The position numbers and the translations under genes were made by a program. A DNA stretch of 63,174 nucleotides, filler included, from Sphyrna mokarran (lineage: Eukaryota): assembly GCA_024679065.1 (NCBI GenBank). It is 2 parts of 2 records of this genome, joined end to end, with 100 filler letters (N's around TTAATTAATTAA, not from the genome) between each part and the next. Parts side by side here need not be neighbours in the genome. Positions count along the whole stretch, not along the records: positions 31,266 to 63,174 come from JAGIQG010000116.1; 1 more part is not named here. One strand, given 5' to 3'. The notes beneath the pieces were generated by a model. It made no database searches. It was not told the origin of the DNA and worked only from the letters and a program-made list of their open reading frames with translations. The first letter of the stretch is position 1, and the number at the start of each line of letters is the position of its first letter. Below are positions 38,691-50,942 of this stretch, piece by piece.

Positions 38691-39002
38691 AAGTGAAAAA
38701 CCTAAAAGAACCAAAATTGAGTGTCTTTTACCCGCCAGTGCCACCGGGAGCCACCAACACCAGCACCGCTGCAGTCTGCTTGGCCTCGGACTTCTCCCCC
38801 AAGGCAATCCAGCTCTCCCTGTACACAGGATCCGGCCAGGAGGTCAATGTGACAAGATCCAGTGTCCCATTGGAGAGCGGGAATTACAGGAGTTCGGGTT
38901 TCCTCTTTTTCTCCCAATCCGGGAAATCGCCAAACATCACGTGCAAGGCATTTCACAATAATCAGATTTACTCAGTAAACACCCTACCCACAGCTGGGAT
39001 TG
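38691..39002 (+). CDS. TCR delta-like constant Ig domain exon
   Basis: ttttttcAG|AAGTG...GGGATTG|GTAAGT, 312 bp, phase 1-1: KVKNLKEPKLSVFYPP...TAAVCLASDFSPKAI...NVTRS...GNYRSSGFL...NITCKAFHN; resembles shark TCR-delta C (PKLSxFYP, AAVCLASDFxPK). Confidence 0.9.
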
Positions 39003-39429
39003 GTAAGTTTATTTTATTTCCGTTCATGTGATGTGGGTGTCATTGGCTTGACCAGCATTTATTGCCCATCCTAAATTGCCCTTCAGCAGAGGGCATTTAA
39101 GATTCACTTACCGGCCAGGCAGTGTAAGGACGGCAGATTTCCTTCCCTAAAGGATATTAGTGAACCAAATGAGTTTTAATGATAAACGGCAATAATTCCA
39201 TTGGTCATCATTAGAATTCTAATTGTATTTCTTTAACATTCAAATTTCGCATCTGTCAGTGAATTTGAACACACATTAATATTCTGGATCGTTGGATTGA
39301 CAATATCACTGCGCTCCTGCCTCCCCTGAGAGTGTTTTATGACAAGAAGAACGTCCCTAAATATTATCCATCCCCTGAACACTTTCGGCGTCATTGTCCC
39401 TCAGAATGTTGTCTTTTTGAAAGATTAGC

Positions 39430-40400
39430 TGACTAATGATTGAAGGTCAATTATTCTAGTCTCGGGACTTCACTGCAGGAGTTCCTCAGTGTCTCAGAAC
39501 CAATCAGCTTCAGCTGCTTCATCAATCACCTTCAATCCATTGTTAAGGTCAGATGTTGGGATGTTCGCTGATAACTGAACAATGTTCAGCACCATTCATG
39601 ATCCCTCAGATCATGAAGTAATGCATTACAAATGTAGCAATAGTTGGACATTATCCAGGCTTGGACTGACAAGCTGCAAATAACATTGCACCACCCACGT
39701 TCCAGACAATGACCAACTCCAACAGGAAAGAAGGTAACAATCGGTTCTTGTCATTTACTGGCGTTACCATGACTGAAACAAAGAACAAAGAAAATTACAG
39801 CGCAGGAACAGGCCCTTCGGCCCTTCAAGCCTGCACTGAACATGCTGCCCCGACTGAACTGAAATCTCCCACATTTCCGGCGCCATTTCACTCTATTCCC
39901 ATCCTATTCATGTATTTGTCCAGATGCCTCTTAAAACTCACTATCGTATCTGCTTCCACTACCATTCCTGGCAGCGAGTTCCACCATCCACCATCCTGTG
40001 TGTAAAAAATAAATGCCTCGCACATCTCCTTCAAACCTTAACTCTATGCTCCTTAATAATTGACTCTTCCATACTGAGAGAAAAAGAAGTTTCTGACTAT
40101 TCAATCTGTACATGCCTCCTTGTAGATTTCTAAATGGTCCACCCACACTATCAACAGCCTGAGGGTTAACGTTGCTCAGAAGCTGAACTGGATTAACCAT
40201 ACAAGTGCTCCGACTGCAAGAGCATGGCGGAGATTGGGAATCCTGTGCTGAATAACGTGTCTCTTAAACTCCCAAATCCTCTGCACCATCCACAAGACAT
40301 AATCATGACTGTGGTAGTGTATTAACCACTTGCTTGATGAATGCAGCTCCAGCAACACTCAGAAATTTGACTAAACAGCACAAAACAGCTCCGCTTGATT
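39430..40400 (+). mobile_element. Old CR1-clade LINE remnant with a nested minus-strand CR1 tail (about 39775-40130)
   Basis: gcaggagttcctcag...ttcagctgcttcatcaat...atgttcgctgata (GVPQ..FSCFIN..MFAD). Confidence 0.65.
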
Positions 40401-41874
40401 AAATGTTTTTTTTTAAATGTCACAAGTAGACTTAGATTAAACCAGCAATGAAGTTACTGTGAAAGTCTCCTAATCACCACACTCTGCACTTGTTCGGGGA
40501 CACTGAGGAAGAATGTAGCATGACCCAATGCATCTAATCAGCACGTCTTTCAGAGGAAACCGGACTTGGAGAATGACTGCTGTGTATCCTGTGGATCAGA
40601 CCCACGCTGACAAGAGGAAAACGTGCAGACTCTGCACCTCTGCACCGACAAACACCCAAGCCGGGAATCAAATCCAGGTCCCTGTCGCAGTGGGCACGGT
40701 GGGGGGGTGGGGGGGGTGGGGGTGGGGGGTGCGTGGGGGGAGGAAAGGGATGGAGGTGGGGGGGAGGGCAAGGGGGGTGCAACAGTACTAACCACTGTGC
40801 ACCTGTGCCGCTTTAGCATCAAGTACTTCATTCACAAACATCCACTTCTTCCACCACCAAAACACAGTGGTAGCAGAGTTTGCCATCCACAAGATACACA
40901 GCAGTGATTCTCCAAGTCTCTTTCTGCTGAACCTTCCAAACTCATGGCCGTTATCAAAGAACAAAGAACAACACAGCACAGGAAACAAGCACTTCAGCCC
41001 AACAAGCTCACGCCGTCATTTTAACATTCAGTGAACACCTCATTCCAATCCTTCTTCTACCTATGACTTTGGCCTACGCCTCTAGGATTCCATGATAAAG
41101 GTGTGCACATTTACAAAATTATATATCATCTCGGAGGACAAGGGCAGCAAATGCCTGGGAACACCATTATCACTTAACATCCTGACTTGGAAATACTTTG
41201 GCATTTCCTTCACTGTCGCTCTATGAAAATGTTGGAACTTCTTCCCTAAGAGCCCTGTGTGTATGCATACCTCACGGACTGGAGAGTTTCAATCAGGGGA
41301 CTCACAACCATCTTCTGAAGGGGGTAATTAGGGATTGACAGTAAATGCTGACCTGCCAGCGATATCCACATTCCATAAGTGAATAAAAATAATAAGAGCG
41401 AACCATTATAGTTCACGGCAGTGTCCAGGATCCGCAGCTGCTGGTGTATCACCGAATTTAGGAAAGTATTAAATACTAACCAGGGTACTGGAGAATCCCG
41501 CTCCTCTGGAGAAATGTCCTGATATCATTAATCCACTGCAGAGCTGAAATCAGACCTCGGTTTCACCACTTCTTCGGAAGACAGTGAAATACCGCCCCAA
41601 TGGAATGGTCTGGATTCTGGGGTTTAATCCCTGATAGGTAATCGAACCTACACTCTTTGAACTCAGATTTGGGCCGAACTAAATGGCAGATTTACCAATG
41701 TTTCTCCATTGTGAATAATGAACTGAACATATCCAATCGTGCTGTTTGATTCTTACTTTCTTCGTGGCTATTTGTTATGACAACAATATTATTGGAAGTG
41801 ATATTGACAACAAACATGGTCACAGTAATGGCACTTATTCACTGAATAAGTCAGTTTGTTTTGTGTCCTTCCAG

Positions 41875-41922
41875 ATCAAACTAAATGCCTTAAAAGTCGA
41901 TATGATTCCTCGACAGAAAACG
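41875..41922 (+). CDS. TCR connecting-peptide (hinge) exon with interchain Cys (DQTKCLKSRYDSSTEN)
   Basis: gtccttccAG|ATCAA...AAAACG|GTATGT, 48 bp, phase 1-1. Confidence 0.85.
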
Positions 41923-42393
41923 GTATGTGCTTTATTCAACATTTCTCAATGGAAAATACTGCAAATAGAAAGATTGATAACTGAGAGATAGGCAGGGGTA
42001 CAGACCCGGATATCGAATGATAAAGATATAATGAGATGGAGAGAAAGATAGATCGTCACACAGAGTGAGGGAGAGAGAGATATAAATCGAGGGATGCGGG
42101 GGATGGGGTGGAGGTGGGGGGCAAGAAAGAGAGAGAGAGGAGGAGACGGAGAGAGAGAGAGAGGGAGAGAGAGAGAGAGAGAGGGAGATTCAGGGTGAAA
42201 GACAGATGCAGATAGATCGACAGCAGACAGTCGGGCTGGTGGACAGAGGACAGCGGACAGGATGGACAGACGGACAAAAGTCAAGCAGTTAGATAATGGA
42301 AAAGAAACACATTAATGTTATACATTTCTTTTTCAGTTCCAAGTGATATATGTACCAAACCAGATCTATCATTTGTTCTTCTCATTGTGGCAG

Positions 42394-42503
42394 ATCGACT
42401 GAGGACAAACTTTTTGTCTTTGATGGTGATGGGGCTAAGAATTTTGTTTCTCAAGAGCATTGTCTTCAGTGTCCTGATGACGGCCAGGGTGTGGTTATTT
42501 TGA
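42394..42503 (+). CDS. TCR alpha/delta-type transmembrane exon (DRLRTNFLSLMVMGLRILFLKSIVFSVLMTARVWLF*)
   Basis: gtggcAG|ATCGA; NxLSL..GLRIL.LK...F...MT.R.W motif with the two basic TM residues (R, K); stop immediately followed by donor G|GTAAGA, as in TRAC/TRDC with an untranslated last exon. Confidence 0.93.
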
Positions 42504-43003
42504 GGTAAGATCGGTCACCTAAATGCCTGCCCAGAAAGACAAAAGTGTGATGGACACAGTCCATTGACGGGATCCCGCGAGGTCACTGTTAAGGCAGCGC
42601 TGAAGCTAACCCGTGGAGTGAACAGTAACTTGGATACATTTAGACAAACGGACTCTTCCCCCAGTGCCCCATCCTCATCGCTTTTCATCCCGTCAACCCC
42701 CGCCCCCAATCGCAACCTTAACTTCTTAAACCTCTCCAGAGTTGTGTTTAATTATGGGTGTCACTGACAGACCAGCCTTTTTACACCCATCCTCTGGTCT
42801 TGACCTGTGTGGCACTTTCAGAGAGTCAGTGCAGACTCTATGGGCCAAATTGCATCCTTCTGCACTGTAGGGATTTTTGTGCACTTGCATTGGCTTCTGA
42901 GAATATTAATGGAGCAGGTTAATGGAGACTTTAAAGATAAAATGTGTTCTTTTCTTGCTGATCTTTGATGTTCTCCCATTGTTGTTCCTTTCATTCCAAA
43001 CAG

Positions 43004-44304
43004 AACTGCGTTGGAAGATTAAATGGATTCAGATGTGAACTCATTGACTGGGACATCAAAATCCAGACACTTCCTGATCATAGATTCCACTTCAAGCAAT
43101 TCAAACTCGCTTGTTTTAAATGGCAGCTTAACTTTTAAATATCCTCATTTGGGTGACATTTTTCCACTGTTATTTTGATTTGAAACTTGTGCTTCTGCAT
43201 GAATTCTACTGCTTATGCGACACAAACATTTCAATTATGCATTTCAGCAACAGCGTGGATCTCACATTTATATGGTTTCTGCCTACATTAGTGTCGGAGA
43301 CATTTTTGAAAGCAGCATTTTCAATTTTAGGACACATAGAACTTCGATTTTTATATTCTTTGCTTAGAATAGTAGAATTCTATTACAGAAAAAAAACAGC
43401 CACTCAGCCCATAGTGACAGTCCCAGCATCTTCACAGGGCAATCTAGCTAATGACACCTCAGCTTTCCCTTTTGGCTGTTTTATTCTGGTAGTTATTGTA
43501 AACGTTGCATTTTTATTCCATATAATTTAAGAGCGTAAGATATATTTAATCAGCAAGGGTCTGATCGGATTTTCATCAAACTCAATAACTCAGTAGTTAG
43601 ATTTGAATGGTGAGGAGGGAGGCTGGTTTTAAAATGCCCCCTAGCTGATCCACTCAGTTTTAATCAGTCTCTGTTTTTTTTAGTATTTCAAGAGCTAGTG
43701 GAGGAAAGGGTGAGTTTGACAGCCTGGAGTTACTTCTCTGAATCAAAGGAATTCAATCAGAGCGAATGTCAGGCGGCTAGTGGGATGCCACCCGCTTTTA
43801 GATTGTAGCCAAGGTGATATTCTCACTCCCGTACTGAATCTTGGAATCCAGATTTTCCTCCCAGTGCCACGGAGGCACCAAACCCCAGGCTGTACATCCG
43901 GCTCCTTAGGGATAATCGAGCCCCCCTCTCCCACTGTGCAGAGCTTCATCATTACACGGCATCTCACAAATAAGATGAGCAAGAGCTTTTAAATATCTCG
44001 CCATTCGCTTAGCCTAAAATCAGGTTATTGAGCTCAGGTTATTTCACAAATGGGACATTCAGACACTTTTAAGACCGTCTGGTTAGTCAGGGGAAGAGAG
44101 AGCACTGGGGAGAAGGTGGTAAAGTGGAGTTGGGGATGATATTAAATCAGCCATGATTTCATTGAACGGCGAAGCAGAGCCGATGGGCTGAATGGTCCAC
44201 TTCAGCTGCTTCGCCTTATGCTCTTCTGGTTCGTTAATCACACTTTTGTTCATATCTGTAACCTTGTTCTTTTATCATGTGCATTGTTATTAATATTGAA
44301 TAAA
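43004..44304 (+). other. Candidate 3' untranslated terminal exon of the TCR-like gene
   Basis: Pyrimidine tract and acceptor ttcattccaaacAG at 43001-43003 (alternative acceptor at 43683); AATAAA at 44299-44304; boundaries inferred. Confidence 0.35.
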
Positions 44305-44519
44305 TCTGCAGTCTTCACTGAAGGATGTCTTCTGTCTCTTTGTTAACGCGATGGTAAGACATGCATTTGGTTTGGTCAACAGAGCGCACTTGACGTCGTG
44401 CAGCGCAAATAGAGGCCATTCGCTCCATCATGAGAATACTGGCTCCTTATGGCAGATCCCGTCAATTGAACCCTGGTCTCAGGACTGAGGTTCATTGGTT
44501 CAATAGCCATTCCAGTACA

Positions 44520-45400
44520 AAAAACAACAAAAAAAGAAAATTACAGCGCAGGAATAGGAATTTTGGCCCTCCAATCCTGCACCAACCACACTGCCCGACT
44601 GAACTAAAACCCATTACTCTTCCTGGGACCACATCCCTTTATTTCCATCCTATGCATGTATTGTTAAGGCGCCCTTTAAAAGTCTCTACTGTATCCACTT
44701 CCACCTTTTGTGTAAAAAAAAATGCCTCTTATAAACCTTGCTGCTCATACCTTAAACCTATGCCCCCTGGCAATTGATTCCTCCAGTCTGGGAAAAACCT
44801 TCTGACTATCCTTTCTGTCCATGCCTCTTATAATCTTCTAGCTAATTATCAGGCCACCCCCTCAACCTCTGTTGTTCCAGTGAGAACAATCCAAATTTCT
44901 CCAACCTTTCCTCATCGCGAATGCTCTCCACACCAGGTAACATTCTGGTAAATTGTTTGTGGACCCTCTCCAAAGTGTCCACATCTTGCTGGTAGTGTGG
45001 GCGACCAGAATTGAACACTATATTCCAAGTGCAGACTAACTAAGATTCTTTAAGTCTGCAACATGACTTGCCAATTTTTAATTTCATTGCCCCGTGTGCC
45101 TGCTTAACTACCTTCTCCAGCTGGATTGCCATTTTCAATGACCTGAGTATCTGTACACCCAGATCTCTTTGCCTATCAATACTCTTAAGGGTTCTGCCAT
45201 TTACTGTATATTTCATTTCTGTTTTAGTCCTTCCAAAATGCATTACCTCACATTTGTCCAGATTAAGCTCCATCTGCTATCCCTTCGATCAAGCTTCCAA
45301 CGGATCTATATCCTGCTGTATTCTCTGATGGTCCTCATCACTATCCACAAATGAAGAACCTTTGTGAAGTCTTCAAATTACTAATCAATTCAATTAGATG
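44520..45400 (-). mobile_element. CR1 LINE 3' fragment
   Basis: ORF 45040..45273 (-) MELNLDKCEVMHFGR. Confidence 0.85.
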
Positions 45401-46794
45401 TATATACATATATCTGCAAACAGCAATGGTGCCAGCAGTGATCCTTGAGAAAAGCCCTTGTCACAGCCCTCCATTCAGGAATGTTTGGTTTTGGTGGTCT
45501 TATCACTATTCTGCTGTCTCCACAACCCCCTTCTCCCCCACCCAGCCCCTTCCCCCCACCCACCTTAAAATATAACAACGAAAAACAATGGGAATTAAGG
45601 TAATGGGAGAGGGGAAGCTTCCTAATAGGAATGAGGGAATTGAGGAGCTAACCACACCAGGCTGGGAAAGCGAGAAGAATCCCAAAATGTTCCCAACACC
45701 CAAAGGGAAACGTTCTTCCTCTTCCTAGTTTAACTACAACTGCCAAAGTAGTAATTCGGACCGTTTGGGATGGGCTATAAATGTTGGCCAGGCCAGCGAC
45801 TCCCACACGCAAAGTATTTGTTACTTCACTCATTGGTAAGTGCATTGGGGGCAGGGCCAGAATCTATTTCCCATCCCGAATCACCATTGAACCGTGTGGT
45901 TTGCATTGACCGTGCTGTTGTACGTGAAGTGAGCCAGATGGGTTTTAACAACAAGTGACTCATGGTTCGATTGTTGAATTCCAGATTGTTTTTATTGAAT
46001 TCAGGTTTCTCTAACTGACATGGCTGGAATTCAATTCTCATGTGTGCTCAAAACATTAGCTCTGGCTTTCTGGATTAATCACCATGCCATTATAAGATGC
46101 TGTTATAACACCCCTGAAGGGGAAGGGAAGAACAATTTATCATGATGGGTTTTGTGTCCGTGTTAAAATAGAATTGTAGAAACAATACATTGCAGAAAGC
46201 GGCCATTCGTTCCAACGAGTGTGCACTGACTCTCCGAAAGAGAAATCAATCCAGACCCTCCCCTCAATCCTGGTCAATCCTGCACATCTGTGGGATATAT
46301 AGGTCCATTTTAGCATGGCCAGTACACTCAACCTGTACATCCTTGGGCTGAGGTAGGAGACTAGAGCATCCGGATAAAACCGATGCAGATACGGGGAGAA
46401 CGTGCACATTTAAGACAGGCAGCTCCTCAAGGCTGGATTCGAACCAGTGTCTCTGGCACTGCAGAGCTAAGGACTCTGGATGATTTGCCCAGAGACAGTT
46501 CTTCCCAACATCAAACTTTAGTGTGACTGCTCAACCGGTATTTGGTATTTTGAGAGGAATGATCCAGCTCTCTTACAGGAATGACACAAATTACATTCTC
46601 AGTCTCGAAGTTCACATTCTGAAAATCCTATCAGTGTTTATTTTTTTCTGTTTCTTGGCAGCAGGAGGGTTAATCGACTTTGGGTTGCTTATTTTGATAG
46701 AAACTGTTGAGATGTAATGATACATGCGCTCACTGCTGATTGGGGGAACCAGGGTTTGGTTGACAAGGCGACCAACGGCAGAAAGAAGTCCGCC

Positions 46795-47010
46795 CAGTGT
46801 GCGGTTTCACTCAACAGCTCGCTGAGCCTCTCAGTTTGTTCAAAGAGCAGAACTTGTGGTTTAATCACCCGGGACTGGAAACTCCAGCAGCGAGATGGCA
46901 GTTAGGCAGAGTGGGCTGAGTGGTGAGAGGCCAGATGTTGCCAACTGTCGACAAGCCTGAATCTTTTCAGAGACTTTCCCAGCGACTGAAGCTGCAGGAG
47001 ATTTCCGCAG
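46795..47010. promoter_or_regulatory. Candidate T-cell 3' enhancer (RUNX x2, TCF/LEF, E-box, NF-kB-like sites)
   Basis: TGCGGTT 46800, GTTCAAAG 46838, TGTGGTT 46855, CAGATG 46932, GGAGATTTCC 46997, in unique sequence 4.3 kb downstream of the TM exon. Confidence 0.35.
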
Positions 47011-50000
47011 AAGACAGTTCCAAAGGCACGCAGGCATCTGAAAGAAGAAACAATTCTTTACTTCTGTCTCTTTCCAATCTGTCCCGGAAAGTTAAACATT
47101 CCTTCAGCTTCCACTCTAACACCGCTACTCCCATCACCCCTTCGACTCCCCCCTCCCTCCAAAGGATCAGATATGTTTCAAAAAATCATCACTCAATCTT
47201 CTGTACTCCAATGGATTCTATCCGATCTTTCCTCGTATAACCCCGTCCCAAGTCCCCAATCAGGTTGAGCGGAAACACTTTCTTCCCAGCCTTAAGCTAG
47301 AAAATCTGCGGTCTTTCCACAGTCTGGCCTTCATGTGACTCCCTGATACACAGCATGTTTATTCTTTCATGGAACATGGACGTTTATTGTCCATCTCCAG
47401 TTGCTCTTAGAGGGCAGTTTACAGTCAACCACATTGATGTGGCTCCAGATTCACGTGTTGGCCAAACCAGGGAAGCACGGCAGGTTTCCTTCCCTAAAGG
47501 ACACAGTGACCCAGATGGTTTTTTTTTCTCTGACAAATGACAAAGATTTCACTCTCATCGGTAGATTCGACGTTTCAGATATTTTTATTGAATTGGGTTT
47601 CAAACAGGGGAACCCAGAAGATTGGCTGAGTTTATGAATTGATACTCTAGCGATAATACCACCACACCGTTCCCTTCCCTGTTTGACTGTAAACTATCAT
47701 CTGAGATGGTGATTAGCAAACTACACTGTTCAAATGCAATTAGCAAGAGCCAAAACAAAACCAGAAAATGCTGGAAAAGTTCTGCAGCTCGAACATCATC
47801 TGTGAAGACAGAATATATTAGCTTTCGAGTTCAGATGCCCTGACAAATTCTCATCCGGACTCTAAACATTGGTTCTATTCTCTCTCCGCAGATACTGTCA
47901 GACCCACTGAGATGTTCCAGAATGTTCTGGTTTTGTTTTGCATTAAGGATTCCGCCATAATTTGCATTTCGGATCAGCAACAATTTTTGGCCCTGCGAAC
48001 AACACTCCTAGACAAATGAATGAAAATTATTGAGAAAGAATCTAAGAATTAACAAGTTCCTGTTTAGCCGATTATTCAGGGAACAACCATTAATGAATCA
48101 AATGAAAGTGTTACACTCCAGTCAATCCTGTTACTCGTCTGGTTTATATATTCAGAAACGAGGCAAATTGGCCTAACGAGCACTATTGCTATCTCTTTGA
48201 GCCAAAAAAAACTGTATTTGCTGTTGGGACATGTCTCTCTGCATGTTATATTTTCCAATTTGTAATCATTCTCTTTTGAAATTCACCGCAGAAAATGTTT
48301 ACTCTGGTCTTTGAGACAATGAATCATAGAGCCTAACAGTTGGCAATGTAAACCCAACTTGCTCATTATCGATTTCAGGAACAGTTTTTGTTACGTCTGT
48401 TACACGTGCACCTTACTAAGCCGCTATGAAATTTTGATATGTATACAGTAACATACAGACTACTGAGAAATAGCAGTTTGTCACTTGGCCTCTTTCTCCC
48501 TGCTCTGCCGGTAAACAAGATTATGGCTGATCTTATTATAAGCTTCTGCCAACCCTGAGCACATTTCCCCCTTCTTGTTTACTAAGAATCCAGCTCGTTC
48601 TGCCTTTAGAAATATTGAAAGTCTGCTTCCACTGCCTTCTGAGGGAGGGACTTCCAGGGACACATGACCCTCTGAGAGGAAAACCTTCCCATGCTTCTCT
48701 CTCCCAAATGTGCCACCCCATTTTTTCTAAAGACTGTCCTTGGGACTTCACTGGAGCATTGGAGCAGACTAAGGAGGGACTCGTAGACAGGGAGAGCGAG
48801 GATGAAAACAGGCTGAGTTGGAATTCTAAAAAATGAGCCCCACATTTCTTTTCAGGGAAGAAACCAGCATAGGCCAAAGTGCAGCATTTCAGACAAAAAC
48901 AGGAAACGCTGCCTGCATTAAACCAGCCAGTAACTGTGCAAGTGAGAAACCGAGTTCAGGTTTCAGATTAACGTATTTGCATGAGGGTTGGAAGATGTAA
49001 GAGATGAACAGTTTATTTTTAATTTTTCTACACCATATGGTTGCTGCAGCCTCTCGCCTCTTGTGTAACTGGATGTTTCAGAAGATAGGTAAATGTTGGC
49101 CACATTTCTCTAGGTCTTGTCTCACACACAGTCCAGGTTGTAGGCAGATTTCCTTTCTGAAAGAACAGAAAAACTGGAAGCAGGAATAGGCCTGATGCCT
49201 TTCAATAAAAACATAGCTGATCTTTTTGTAGACTCAACTCCACTTACTCTCCTGCTTACCATAACCCTGAATCCCTTTACTGCTCAAAAATCTATCTTTA
49301 CCTTAAAACTGTTTAACGATGTAGCCACAGCTATTTCACTGGGCAGGAATTTATACAGAGTCACAGCCATTTAGGTGATGAGGTTCCTCCTCAACACAAT
49401 CCAAAATCACTTCGCCTTTATTTTGAAGTCTTGTCCCTTAGTTCTAATTTCATCTGCCAGTGGAAACAGCATCCTTGCTTCTCTCCTATTTATTCCCTTG
49501 TTTATATAAGACCACCCTCACCCCAATTTTCTTCCAAACCCCAATGAGTATTGGTGCAGAACTGGTGCACAGAAAGTGCTATTGCAACAATAGATGACAA
49601 TTTTCTTAAGGTATCTAATATTCAGCCGAATTTTCAATTCTACATTTTTATTAATTAAATTTAAGTTACATTTTGTCACCGTTGGTGGGATTTGAATTCG
49701 TGGGCCCAGAGCGCTAGACAATACTTTCTCAAGACACAGCCATTACCACGATAAAATCATAAGGTCAGCAGATACCTGGGAACATCATCAAAAGGAGATT
49801 CACTCTCCAAGTCACTCACCATCCTGACTTGAAAATATAGCGGCCGTTCCTTCGGTACTATTGGGTCCTAATCCCGGAATTGTCGGAATTTTATATCTTT
49901 CAATAAGACCTCCTATTCTTCCGAATTTCATTGAATGCACGTCTCAATCTCTCTTCAAAAGACATGTATCAGTCTGGTGAACTATTGGTGCACCCCATCT

Positions 50001-50049
50001 ATCCCAAGCATATTCTTTCTCACCTTCCTGTGTATACCTGGATTGACGG

Positions 50050-50340
50050 CGCACTGACATATTGGTTAGAACTATTGTATCATAGCATCAGGAACCCAGG
50101 TTCGATTCCAGGCTTCGGTCGTTGTCCGTGCGGAGTCCGCATGTTGTCCCCGTAGGTTTTCTTTGAGTGTTCTGGTTTCCTCCCACAGTTTGAAAGATGT
50201 ACTGGTTGGGAACATTGGCAATGCTAAATTCTACACCAATGTACTTGAACAGGTGCCAGATTGTGACCAATAGAGGATTATCACAGTGACATTATTGCGG
50301 TATTAATGTAAGCCTGCCTATGACACAAATAAATAAACTT
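50050..50340 (+). mobile_element. HE1-type SINE
   Basis: ggttcgattcc B box, ctggtttcctcccacag core, aataaataaac tail. Confidence 0.8.
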
Positions 50341-50942
50341 AAAAGAGATTTTTGAATTCAAAAATTCAAATTGCATTCGGTGCACTGAGGGTGCTATGTG
50401 GGGAAATGAATCGAACCCGTATGCCCATAATATTAGTTTGGGACAGTTCAGTGACATGGTCACTGTCCTACCATCTCTACCTTCCAAATATGCTATTCAG
50501 TTTTGAATGAATGATTGAACAACCTATATGAATGCATGAACATTTCTGTTTCAGTGTCCAGATGTGCCCTACGTCCGCCCCCTGCTGACTATCCTTTGCA
50601 CAGCGGGAGCAGGCGGATGTCACGATTCTCTCCGTTTTTTTCTGCCTCTGGATGATCAGAAATGCAGAAATTAATACAACTCAAACATTCAGCTGCAGAC
50701 AGCCAGAACCAAAATTACAGCTACAGAGTCCAAAAGCAGAGCTCCAAAGGCATATATTGGGCTGTTTCGATAGTTTCAGGACATGGAAATTAATCTGTTC
50801 TCATGTATGCTGTATATATGAACTCACGGCTCAGCGCTGAAAGAGTTAATGGAAAAGTGAACATGCGCTAAGCAAGAGCTACTATAAATGTTTCAGTGCA
50901 AGTAAGAGCAGAAGCTTTGCAGCCATGAAGTATAGTGAGCAA

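Noticed and set aside
47360-47680. Sequence shared with about 39020-39330 and 51650-51930 as a locus-specific regulatory element
   Set aside because: The dispersed, diverged copies look like an ordinary interspersed repeat family.
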